Source: Lama guanicoe (Eukaryota). Taken from it: a stretch of 64,000 nucleotides of DNA. Position numbers and translations under genes: made by a program. This document shows positions 1 to 64,000 of this stretch, piece after piece (the first letter of the stretch is position 1; every line of letters begins with the position of its first letter). The notes under the pieces are model-generated. The model was not told the origin of the DNA, made no database searches, and saw only the letters and a list, made by a program, of their open reading frames with translations. Location: positions 1,285,146-1,349,145 of the forward strand of contig MU054400.1 in assembly GCA_013239625.1 (NCBI GenBank), written 5' to 3'.

Positions 1-2736
1 CACTTTTGAGGCTGAAGGGCCAGTGTCACTCTGCTCTTTGGTTTTCAGGACTCCCTGGTCCCCTACAACCCCAAGAAGGTATACAGGCCCCTCAAATTTC
101 TTGGGGGTGGTGATGGAGCCTCTTGCCATCCAGAGATCCGTGCCAGAAACCTGGGAGTCATCTTTGAATCTCTACCTCTCCCACTCACCTCCAAACAGGT
201 ACCCCATCCTGCCTATTTCACTTTATTAGCATCTGCATATAAGTCCCCTCCTCTTCTTCTGCTTTAGTTTAGGCCTTCATCATCCCTTGCCTGGATTATT
301 ACTGTACTCACTTTCATATCAGTTTTCCACCTCCAATCTCACCTTTTCCAATCTCTCAACCACTACTGGAGTGACAGTACTAAAGTCAAATTTGATCACG
401 TTATTCCCTTAACTAAAATCCTTCATTCATTCAAATGCACCCTTCCATTTCTTCCTCCATGCCCTATGCCTGAAACTCTTGCCCTCACCTCCTCTTAGAG
501 ATCTGCCAAGCTTCTAGTCCTCTTCTAAGAGCCAGTTCAAGCAATGTCTCCTCCATGAAACCTTCCCTGATCACTTGATGAGAGCCCTTCCTGTTTTCCT
601 TTGGCCTTTCTAGACCTGGTTCTCTCTTCTTACAGTGCTTATTTCCCTGAATACCTCAATCTGTCTTGACTGTGCATACCCATCCCTGGAGCAAAGGCTG
701 TGTTATGGAGCCGAGCACAACATTTAGCAGAAAGTAGGTTCTTAGTGTTTGTTGATTGAGGAGATGAGCAGCAAGGGAGGATCTGAAGGCCTGAGCAGAC
801 ATGATCCTCACTTTACAATATGCAAAGAGAGAGAAGGCTGTGCCTCTTCCCCAAACCTGAAAAATACTACTAGGTCATGAGCTACCTAGATCACTAGGAG
901 AATCCATGTTTAAAATGAAGAATCATCTTATTACAAGGAAGCAACTTAAGGCTCCCAGACCACAGAATATATGTAGGTCAGTTTTCCACAGTGGCTTCTT
1001 GGTAGCTTTACAATGTTCCCTCTGCACTTTCAGGAGCTGCTGTGGCCACTCACTCAAATAATGTCCTGACCATCCCCATCTCTGAGTGTCAGGAGGCAGG
1101 AGGAGTTTGAAACTCCTTTCCAAGCTCACGTGGTCAAAGGGTCAGAACCTCAGCATTCCTCATCTTCTCCCAAGGAAGTTGTCACTCTTTCTCAGGAACA
1201 CCCTCCATTAATCTCTACTCTTTCTTAACATGTATCTAAAACCTTACAGTAGCTGTTTGAACCCATCCTTCTCCTGGCCACCCAATGAAGAAATCTCACT
1301 TGTCTTTATCCTTAAAGTACCTAGAACTAAGCACTCATGAGCTAAACAAATGAGTTAACAGATAACGTGGGTTTCAGGGAGGCCAGACTAGTTTTTCTCT
1401 CAAGCATACAGAGACCCTGTCTGGTGCCACGTGCCCTTTATTATTATTATTATTATTTTTTGTCTCTGAGAGCACAGGGATTTTGCCTGATCCAATTAAG
1501 TGTTTATAAACTCTATTTGTTTTTTTGGGGGGGGGCATTATTGTGTTTTTTTTTTTTGGTTGGTTGGTTGGTTTGGGTTCCCCCCCCCAGCAAATCTCTT
1601 CCTTTCCAATTGCAGCTGAAGAGAAGACACAGACTGTGAGGCTGTACCAACCAGTCCAGCAGACAGACAATAGGGCAAGAGAACCTATCCCTGCTGCTCA
1701 CATAAACAATAGCCCAAATTCAACCTAGTTGCTCAATAGAGAGCCTTGGACAGCTGAGGTGTCCACAGTGAGGTGTGTGGCTTGGACATAGAACTGACAT
1801 AAAAGGTATGTCTATTCCTGGCACTTTCTTTGGGAAAATCTGTGCTGAGAAACACTCTGGATTGTCTAGGAGATAGACACAGAAGGAGTGAAGCCCTGGG
1901 AGTAGGTCTCTAAGAGGAGCTCTCATTCCTTTCATAAGGAGACAGGAAAAGACCCTGGGGAGCTCTCAGGGATAGGCCCAGGCCTGGGTCAGCTGCTGAG
2001 ATGCAGCCAAGCCAATTAAATAATTGGTGTGATGGGGAAAGAAGGGAGGCCCCTCCCTTCAGACAAACTCCCATCCCAGACAGGAGGCTCCATGCAGCTG
2101 TGGCAACAGCAGCAGCAACAACAATCTCTTTCTCTTCCTCCCACTAGCTGAGAACTAATGCTTAAATTAGCACCTTGGAAACACCCAGATCTGCTGGCAG
2201 CGCCTTCTCTCCCAGCTCCTGCCACTCCCCTAGGCCTCCTTTTCAAGTGCCAGTTTTCTTTCAAGTAAAAAAAAAAAAAAAAAAAAAAGAAAAAGAAAAA
2301 GATTTTTCTACCTAGAGTTCATCTTTTCAAGTAAGTAATGCCTCTGGATTCTTTTAACCGCTACGGGTTGGGAGGGTTATTTGATGATCGAACCCATGGC
2401 AGGTCACTATCAGTACAGCTAGGTCCCGAAAGGGGCAGTGATACTGACACCAGCATTGCCTTGTTTCCCTTAGGGCTGAAGGAGACAGCCTCCACTCTGC
2501 AGTCAGAGGGGTGCACACTGAGGGAGTGAGCAAGAACAATAACTTCTGCTGAGCTGTGAGCTCCAGGAGGCAGGGCTGTATGTGTTGCTAACCACAGTGT
2601 CCCCAATACCTAGTGTTGGAACAGAGCAGGTGCACAATAAATAGTTGGTAAATGAATTTGCTGAATCAATGATATCAGGTTCCTATGATATTCTTTAGAA
2701 GACAGAGTGAGGAGCTATTGTTTAAACTTTAAGTAT

Positions 2737-2826
2737 CTTGGGGTTTTTTGTTTTATTTTGTTTTTACTGGAGGTACTGGGGATTGAATTCAGGTGCATGT
2801 TAAGCATGCAGTCTACCATTGAGCTA
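2737..2826 (-). mobile_element. tRNA-derived SINE, camelid Vic-1-like, 5'-truncated
   Basis: Minus strand reads TAGCTCAATGGTAGACTGCATGCTTAACATGCAC...TTCAATCCCCAGTACCTCCA plus an A-rich tail (A/B-box-like). Flanked by TAAGTAT at 2730-2736 and 2825-2831. Family name is from recall. Confidence 0.7.
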
Positions 2827-5414
2827 AGTATGAAACTTAATAAATGAGTGCTCCAATCCATGTATCCCTCTGAATCTCCCACACTTCTACACAGGTACCT
2901 TCTACTCTACTAAGTTCCACCTTAGTTCCTTCCTGTTTAAACTTTAAAGAGACAGTTTGTCTTTATTTCACAAATGGGAAAACTGAGTCCAGAGAAGAGA
3001 GATTTCCTAGAGGGCTCAATAAATAAAGGCAAAAAGTGAAGTAGGTCACAGCTGAGTCTGAGACCCTAGTTTTTATGGTCTACTCAAACACCGTTAAAGA
3101 CCCACTTTGCCCTTCCCTTCTGCAGTACGCCATCTTGATTCTTTATGCCCCCAAATGAAGGCTCTTGGGGAAACTCCACACAAGATTCTGCTGGTCTCAA
3201 TAATACAAAGAGCATTTAAGGAGTTCTGGGGATCCTCTAGACTTTAACCTGGGTACAGAGGTCAGAGATTTGCAGGGCAATGTCTATGACCCCCAAATGG
3301 GGGGTGATTATATTGCTACTTCCATAAGGTTCTCTTTTGACCTCAGCAAAGTATCCTCTTGCAGAGAAGGGCTCCTTTAGGCTTCAAAAAAAGGGTCTGA
3401 AGGCAGTCACAGATTTTCTGACAAGTGCCTCCTTGCCATAAGCACTTCTACTCTAGAGCCACAGAGATCAGAAGCAGCTCAGGAGTCTTCTAAGGCCACT
3501 ACTCATTCAAACCATCATTGAAACTTCAGGCAATAACAGAGGCATCAAGGACAATTGACAGAGCCTGGTGACCCCTTCCTTCCCCTGCTCCCTGGACAGC
3601 TACTGCCTCCCTTCTTAGGAACCCCAGATGGGAGGCAAGAACCAACTCATTGTTTTCTTCTCCTGGCTTGCTTGGACCTCCTCCTCTTTCATTTGCCCTC
3701 CTTTTTGATTCTTGATTAGATGCTTAGAACTGGAAGGGCAATCTAGTTTGACAAGCCAGGTTGGCTGGAAAGATAATTCAGAAAGTAAAGTTCTCTTAGC
3801 CCAGCCCAAAGTTCTTCTTCAAATTCATGAGACAGACTCCTCACCAGGATTTTTTGGCCATCATATAATCCAATGATGGCATCAGACTAGGAAAAAAGTC
3901 CAGCAGCATCTCTCTCCCCAGTTTAACATTGGACACTTCTGTAGAGCTTCTCTGTTTGGGCTTCTGGAATTGTCTAAATAGTCACAAAATGGGGAAAAGA
4001 CCACTCATCTCCTGCTAGGTGCCCTCTAATGATTCTCTCTACCATCCTCAAAAAGGTGTGGCTTAGAGTAGGTCATGGGTCCCTGCCAAGGTCTGTCTCG
4101 ACTGTTGTAATGGACAGATTGCTCAGAAAGCCACAAAGCACATCTGTCAGCCAGGGGCCTGGGGGTCCCAAGAGTGGAACCTGTTCCTCACCTTCACCTA
4201 ACAGAGGGAAGAGGGTCAGGGAGCCCCATATCTTCAAACTCGGTGAACTCTGCTCAGCCTCAGCTGAAGTCAGAGAATAGAGCACCCACATCTTTAGGTT
4301 CCTGGCCTGCCTTGCCTCCTTCCAGCTCCGCCTTGGGCTCCAAGTGGGAAAGGAGAAGGAAAAGCAAAGCGAACAGAGCCGAGGCACTCCCTCCCTTCCC
4401 CCCCCCCCCACCCCCTATATCAGCTGGCCAGGCCTCGGCCTCTCTCGACCCGCGGAATGAACCAAGCCAGTCAGGTAGCCCCCGGGAGCGGTGGCCGGCG
4501 GGTAAGGTCCCCCCTAGGCCGGCCTCCATACACCGCCCTCCCCCTTCCATCCCCTCCGCGCCGGCAGCGATGACATCATTCTTCCCTGACTCGGGACCGC
4601 GGACAGGCAGCAGGATGGGCGCCCAGCAAAGACTCCAAGCACGCAGGCCTAGGAGGCTGGGGGCTCTTCTGAATAGGTGGGCATAGGCGGCCCCAGAGCG
4701 GCCCCGCCCCCTCTCCCGCCGGTTCCCAAGCTCTCTCATCTGCGCCCCGGATTCTCCATCTCGCAGCCGTGCTCTCTCCTTCCCGACTCCAGTACCCCTC
4801 GCCTAGATTGACTGCTCTCTCCTCAGGAGAAGAACGGAATTCCGGGGTCCTACGTGGACCCCCTGCCCCCACCGGTCCTGTGCCCCGGCCCCACGTTCCC
4901 ATCCATAGACAGTGAACTGGCTGGCCGGCAGGCCCCTCCTCCTCTACAAACCTATTCCCGTCCCTCAGACTGACTGCTCTCTGGCCCCCTCCCCCAGCTC
5001 TGAGCATCACAGGCCTCTAGGGCTAAACGCCTCCCTAACCTCTCATCCCAGCCCCTCGGGCCTGCCACCGTCGGTGCCCCATGACAGTTCCCTTCCTTTC
5101 TCCGCTATGGGCCTTCACTAGCGGTGTGCACCATTGTGCCCCTCTCGGTTCCATCCGACGGCGCTTCCCGTAGCACCCGTGGCCTGCCTCCGCTGACAGT
5201 GCTCTCCGCCCTTACAGGCCCTTTTGCTGTCACCACACGTATTCTCCCACGGTTTTCTCGTCCTGCAAGTCCCCCTCCCCCGGCGATGCGTTTTCATGTC
5301 TCTCTACCCCATACGAGGCGCTCCCTCCGCACAGTCGCCCAAGGTTTGCGTTCCTCCCTCCCCCTCAGGCAGCGCCCCCTCCCGGCCCTGGCCTGCCGCC
5401 GCCCGCCCCCTCAC

Positions 5415-5474
5415 CAGCGGCTGCATCTCCGAGTGCGCGGTGGGCACCTGGAACCGGTCGATCTCCTCCATCAT
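5415..5474 (-). CDS. FAM219A: FAM219A coding exon 1 (MMEEIDRFQVPTAHSEMQPL); rest of the gene lies left of the window
   Basis: GGCACC-ATG Kozak context, 60 nt coding, donor CTG|GTGAG at 5414. Peptide matches the recalled FAM219A N-terminus and the known head-to-head synteny with DNAI1. Confidence 0.93.
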
Positions 5475-6021
5475 GGTGCCGGCAGGCGAGGGGGCCGGGG
5501 GCCGGGCGCGGCCAGGGACGCCGACGGGACCGCGCGGGGCGGCGGCCCCAGGAGCCGGGTGGATGGTGCAGACTAGGCCGCCCGGGTCGAGTAGGGCGGG
5601 CAGAAGGCCGGTAAGATGGAGAGGTGAGCGCCGGGCGGGAGGTTTGCAGGCGGGCTGAGGCCGGCGTGACTCCGTCGGCTTGCCCAGTGCTACAGCGACT
5701 GTGGCCCAGCCGAGCCGCAGGTCTTGCCTCGCCTCCTCCTCCGCCGCCGCCTCCTGTCAGCAGCTCAGCCACTGCGGTGACTCGGCAACTCCACTTCCGG
5801 GTCCGGGACACCGCCTGAATTTTGCATTATTCATGAGGAGGCGGTGTCTGAGCGCACAAGCACCTCCCACATGCGGGAGTTCCGAATGGCGCGGCCACTG
5901 AGCCAGTCTTGCCTGAGGGGGCGGAGCTTAGTGGAGCTGGTGGTTCCCCGCGCTGCCAGCCCCGCCTTCCCCTCGAGCCAGGAGGGGGCGTCAGAGGCGC
6001 CTGCGCCTTGGCTGCCGGTTG

Positions 6022-6034
6022 GTTGCTGGGTAAC
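6022..6034 (+). promoter_or_regulatory. RFX X-box in the DNAI1 proximal promoter
   Basis: GTTGCT-G-GGTAAC fits the X-box consensus GTNRCY(N0-3)RGYAAC, typical of ciliary genes. A second, weaker box GTGACT-C-GGCAAC is at 5777-5789. Confidence 0.7.
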
Positions 6035-6244
6035 CGCGTCAGGGAGGAGCTGATTCCATTCTGCAAGGGCGCGGGGACCCACAGCGACGGCTGTCCCCAG
6101 AGAACCCCTGAGACTGGAAATTGAAGTGAAAGAGAACCCGGACTTCCTGTGCATGATTGAGGGGACGGACAAACTTCATGTCCTCAGGCGAGGGAGCGTT
6201 TTGTAGACGCTCCAAATTTTGAGGTGCTTCCTACGTCTTGGAAG

Positions 6245-60794
<54,550 letters not shown>

Positions 60795-60993
60795 GGGCCT
60801 GGCCTCAGGGCCTGTCCCATTTCTTGAACCCAGTACTTGTAGCCTCTGATCCTGGTACTGCAGCCCAGCCTTAGCACCCAGTATGTGCCCCACCCCTGAT
60901 CAGGTCCCAGCATCTGCACCCTGCTCCAGCCCTAGTCCCAGCACCTCCCTCCAGGACTTGACCCTCAACCACAGTTACCTCCTATTTTGCACA

Positions 60994-60999
60994 AATAAA
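60994..60999 (+). terminator. DNAI1: DNAI1 polyadenylation signal AATAAA
   Basis: First AATAAA, 200 nt after the stop codon. Confidence 0.85.
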
Positions 61000-61090
61000 C
61001 TGATGCCTGGAAGCCTACCCACACCTTTAGTTTTGCTATAGCAGGGCCCCCAAGAAGAGGAGAAAATCTCAGGGTAGAGCCATAGTTCTA

Positions 61091-61096
61091 TTTATT
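61091..61096 (-). terminator. ENHO: ENHO polyadenylation signal AATAAA
   Basis: TTTATT on the plus strand, about 395 nt past the ENHO stop. Confidence 0.85.
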
Positions 61097-61490
61097 ACCC
61101 AGCAAACAGTAGGAGGACCAGAGGAGGGGCCCAGCCTGGACACCCTCCCATTATTGCCATGGATTCCAGTTTGCTTCCCCAACCTCGAGGGCCTAGAGGT
61201 GCTTGGCCTAGGGAGATGGTGAGCCCAGCCCCTGGCCCTGGGGATGGAGCAGAGTCCAGATGGCCCTGGCCCTAGCACCAACTCATGAACCCCCACCCCG
61301 GGCCTGTCTACCTAGGGCCAGCAGAGCCCCTCTTGGAGCCAGGCCGGCTAGACTCTGGGCCGCTAGGTCCAGCTCCAGACAGGCTGGACTCTGAGTTCTG
61401 GACCCCAGGCTGGCTGGCCCCTGGGATCCTGATTCCAGGTTCCAGGTGGGGTGGACTTAGTTCCCAGACTCCAGGCTAGGCCAGGGGCCT

Positions 61491-61721
61491 TCAGGGCTGC
61501 AGCAGGTAGCTGCCTTCATGGCTGGGCTTCTGGGGCGGAGGCGCCTTCTCAGGACAGGGGCCAGGGCTGGAGTTGGGACTGGATTCGGAGAGGGAGTCGA
61601 TGTTGGCAGAGCGGGAGTGGCAGGCCCAGCAGAGGATGACCCAGAGCAGCAGCAGCAAGAAGCCTACGAGGCCGTTGCAGATGATGGCGATGAGGGCCCC
61701 CTGGGAGATGGCTGCCCCCAT
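61491..61721 (-). CDS. ENHO: Adropin precursor (energy homeostasis associated), 76 aa, entirely within exon 2
   Basis: MGAAISQGALIAIICNGLVGFLLLLLWVILCWACHSRSANIDSLSESSPNSSPGPCPEKAPPPQKPSHEGSYLLQP matches adropin. Context GTC-ATG-G. Exon 2 acceptor ccccacag|G at 61881. Confidence 0.97.
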   Translation of the reverse strand: MGAAISQGALIAIICNGLVGFLLLLLWVILCWACHSRSANIDSLSESSPNSSPGPCPEKAPPPQKPSHEGSYLLQP

Positions 61722-62399
61722 GACGGGCAGCACCCTCAGACAAGCACAGACCGAGGGGCTGCCTCAATGTCAAGGCCCATGCCGAGGCAGGACTCTGTGT
61801 AGCCGGCCTTCCGAGGAGGCTGTCCTGTCCACACACTCAATGATTCCCGGGCAGTGGAGATGTCCACCTGCAGTCCTGAGCCTGTGGGGTACAGAGCAAA
61901 GGAAAGGCTGGTGAGGAGGAAGGGGTAGGGTGAGGCCTAGGAGGAGAGGGGTAGAGAAGAGAGTCCCCTCCCAAATCTCTGGCCTCCCAGCAGGACCTAA
62001 TACCCCACAGAGCCAACACCCCCATCCTCCGGCCTGACTCTGGGCACCTGGATTGGGGTGTGGCCACAGTGGGGAAGGTGGAGTAGGCAGCCTCTATCTC
62101 ATTCTGCTTTTGACCAGTGGGCATGGCCTGGCCCTGCCCACTGGGCATCCAGCCATCAAAAGAACTGTGTGAGTGGGTGGGACTGAGGAAGCCCAAGGCC
62201 ATGAAGGATGGGCACTGGGGCCAGCTTTGGTGTGGCCTGGGCGCCTCCCCCTTCTCAGGACTCCAGCCAACCAGCCCAGGAGACCTCCAGAGGTGCCAGC
62301 TCACACAGAGGGAACTTTGTGGAAGCCTGGCAGGCATGTGTGGGTCTGTGTATCTAAGGCTGAATGCCTTTCGGTGAGACTGTGTCTCCAGGTCAGGTG

Positions 62400-62860
62400 C
62401 GTGTGTCTGTGTGTCTGGCTCTTATTCTGTCCCTTGGTTCTCTTGCCTGGATGTGTGCCTCTGCCTCTGTATACCCACCTCTATGTGTAGCTGTCTCTCT
62501 GTGTGTCTTCATCTCTTAGAGTCTGAGTGTCTCTTTTGTGTGTCTCATTTCTCTCCCCGTCTATCTCTTTGTATATCTCTGTATCAGTCTCGTCTATCTC
62601 TTTGTGTATCTCTGTGTCGGTCTCTGTCTCTTTCTCCCTGTCTCTGTGTGTGTATATGGGTCCCTTGCGTCTCTCTCTCTCTCTCTCTTCCTGGCTGTGT
62701 GTCCAGCTGTCCCCGTGGACGGTCTCTCTCCCCTCTCCGTGGGGTCTGTCTCTAGTTCTGTGCGTCTCGTGTGTGTCTCTGTCTTTGTGTCTGTCTCTCT
62801 TTCTCCCCGGCTGTGTCTCAGTGTCTGTGTAGGTCTATGTCTCTTTATTTCCGTCTCTGG
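62400..62860. repeat. (TC/TG)-rich low-complexity tract in the ENHO intron
   Basis: Almost purely T/C/G dinucleotide mosaic on the plus strand. Confidence 0.85.
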
Positions 62861-62869
62861 TTCTCAGCC

Positions 62870-63560
62870 CCCGTGCCCTAGGTGGGAGGGCCCCTCTTAC
62901 CTGAGTTGAGCCCGGTGCGCGCCCGCGGGAAGATCCGGGGCAGCGGGATGCTGGGCGCCGACTGAGGCTCGGGAGCCTGCGGGCGGGGGGCGGCAGGAGG
63001 CGGGCAGGGGTGACGTCCCCTCCCCCGGCCCTCCCCCGCGGCCGCGCAGCCTCCGCCGGCCGCTCCCGCCGCGGCGCGACCGGGGCGGCCTCTGCCGCGG
63101 GCGGTCTGCGGCGAGCGGGCACCTCCTCCCCCTGGGGCGGCGCCTCCTCCGCGGCCGTGGCCGCTCGCTTGCTCGCACGGCGGCGCTCGGGCGGCGGCGG
63201 CAGTCCGGGAGCGGGGTTCGGCTGGGCTCGGTTGTGTTCGGCTACGTTCGGCTGGGCTCGACTGGGCTCTCGGCTGGGCTCGGCCAGGCTCGGCCGGCCG
63301 CAAAAACAGCGAAGAGCCCCGCCTCCTCGGAGGCCAGCGGCCTGCAGCCTGTAGGAGGCGAAGCCATCCCCCTCGCCGCTGCCGCCATTCAATTGGCTGG
63401 CCGTGCCAGGCACCCTTGCCATTGGTCGTGAGCTGGGGTGAAGACTGGCCCACCCCTTGTGCAGGCGTGGGGCGGGGGCGGGAAGAGGGCTAAAGGGGCT
63501 ACTCCGACTGGATCCCTCCGGGGGGAAGAGGGCGGGGGCGAGATCCACCTACTTGCGGGG
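62870..63560 (-). promoter_or_regulatory. ENHO: ENHO CpG island promoter
   Basis: CpG-dense. Two minus-strand CCAAT boxes (63392-96, 63421-25), GC box about 63469-63480, CRE-like TGACGTC 63011-63017. Confidence 0.8.
62901..63300 (-). other. ENHO: ENHO non-coding exon 1 (5'UTR); TSS approximate
   Basis: Donor CAG|GTAAGA at 62900 on the minus strand, lying within a CpG island. Confidence 0.75.
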
Positions 63561-64000
63561 ATTTCTTGCACCTTCCACACCCGGAAGATCTGCACACCCA
63601 ACATCTGAGAAAAGCCAAAGCCTTTGTACCCGTCTACTTGAGTAGACTGCCCCTCCATATCTGCGAGGGGTCTCTGTCGCCGTCATCTGGAGGAAGACTC
63701 TGGGACACCACATCTGGGAGGAGACAGAGCCTCCTGGTCTTGGAAGTCCTCTGTACTCTTGCACATCCACTCCCACCTGGGTGTGGACGCTGCATCCCCA
63801 CTTCAGAGGGTCTGCAGTTGGCTCCACTTGCCTTGGCCCCAGGAGGTGTGAGCAGCCCTGCCACCATAAGTTGTTTGGACACGTTTATTGGGTTCGCACC
63901 CAGTGTTGGTCACAGGTTTGTAGTTTGTTCTTCTATGGGGGAGTCTAGGACAGAGAGGAATGGGGTATTCTGAAGGATGGTTCAGCCCTGGCTGAAACAG

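Noticed and set aside
4073..6172. Many overlapping 110-170 aa ORFs on both strands
   Set aside because: Stop-poor CpG-island sequence giving Pro/Arg/Gly/Ala-rich translations, mostly with non-ATG starts. Only the 60-nt FAM219A exon is supported.
61722..61733. 4-aa N-terminal extension of ENHO in the ORF track
   Set aside because: Arises from a non-ATG start. The ATG at 61721 matches known adropin.
62411..63548. Cys/Leu/Ser/Val-rich and 190-237 aa Arg/Pro/Ala-rich ORFs
   Set aside because: Translations of the TC/TG low-complexity tract and of the ENHO CpG island. The long ones also read through the exon 1 donor.

Overview
Mammalian genomic DNA, probably camelid (a Vic-1-like tRNA-derived SINE at about 2.75 kb suggests this). 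The window holds the conserved FAM219A - DNAI1 - ENHO block. It contains FAM219A coding exon 1 (minus strand, 5415-5474, intron 1 running off the left edge) and a shared CpG-island head-to-head promoter. It contains the complete 20-exon DNAI1 gene (plus strand, CDS 6245-60794, 2082 nt, 693 aa, all introns GT-AG and in phase) and the two-exon adropin gene ENHO (minus strand, CDS 61491-61721), tail-to-tail with DNAI1. Introns carry L1, L2, MIR and MLT1 relics, two LTR-like elements and a retroposed U6 pseudogene. I found no new protein-coding or prokaryote-type system. The best leads are regulatory: (1) the DNAI1 start codon used in human appears to be GTG here, with an in-frame ATG 7 codons downstream and two uORFs upstream; (2) a strong-context uORF just ahead of the adropin ATG; (3) an antisense solo LTR with a phased CCAAT array and two octamers; (4) a second LTR-like element carrying an RFX X-box; (5) a forkhead-motif minisatellite in DNAI1 intron 15; (6) a DR1 nuclear-receptor array after DNAI1 exon 1; (7) several enhancer-like AT-rich blocks. 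Ortholog comparisons are from memory, not from database searches.
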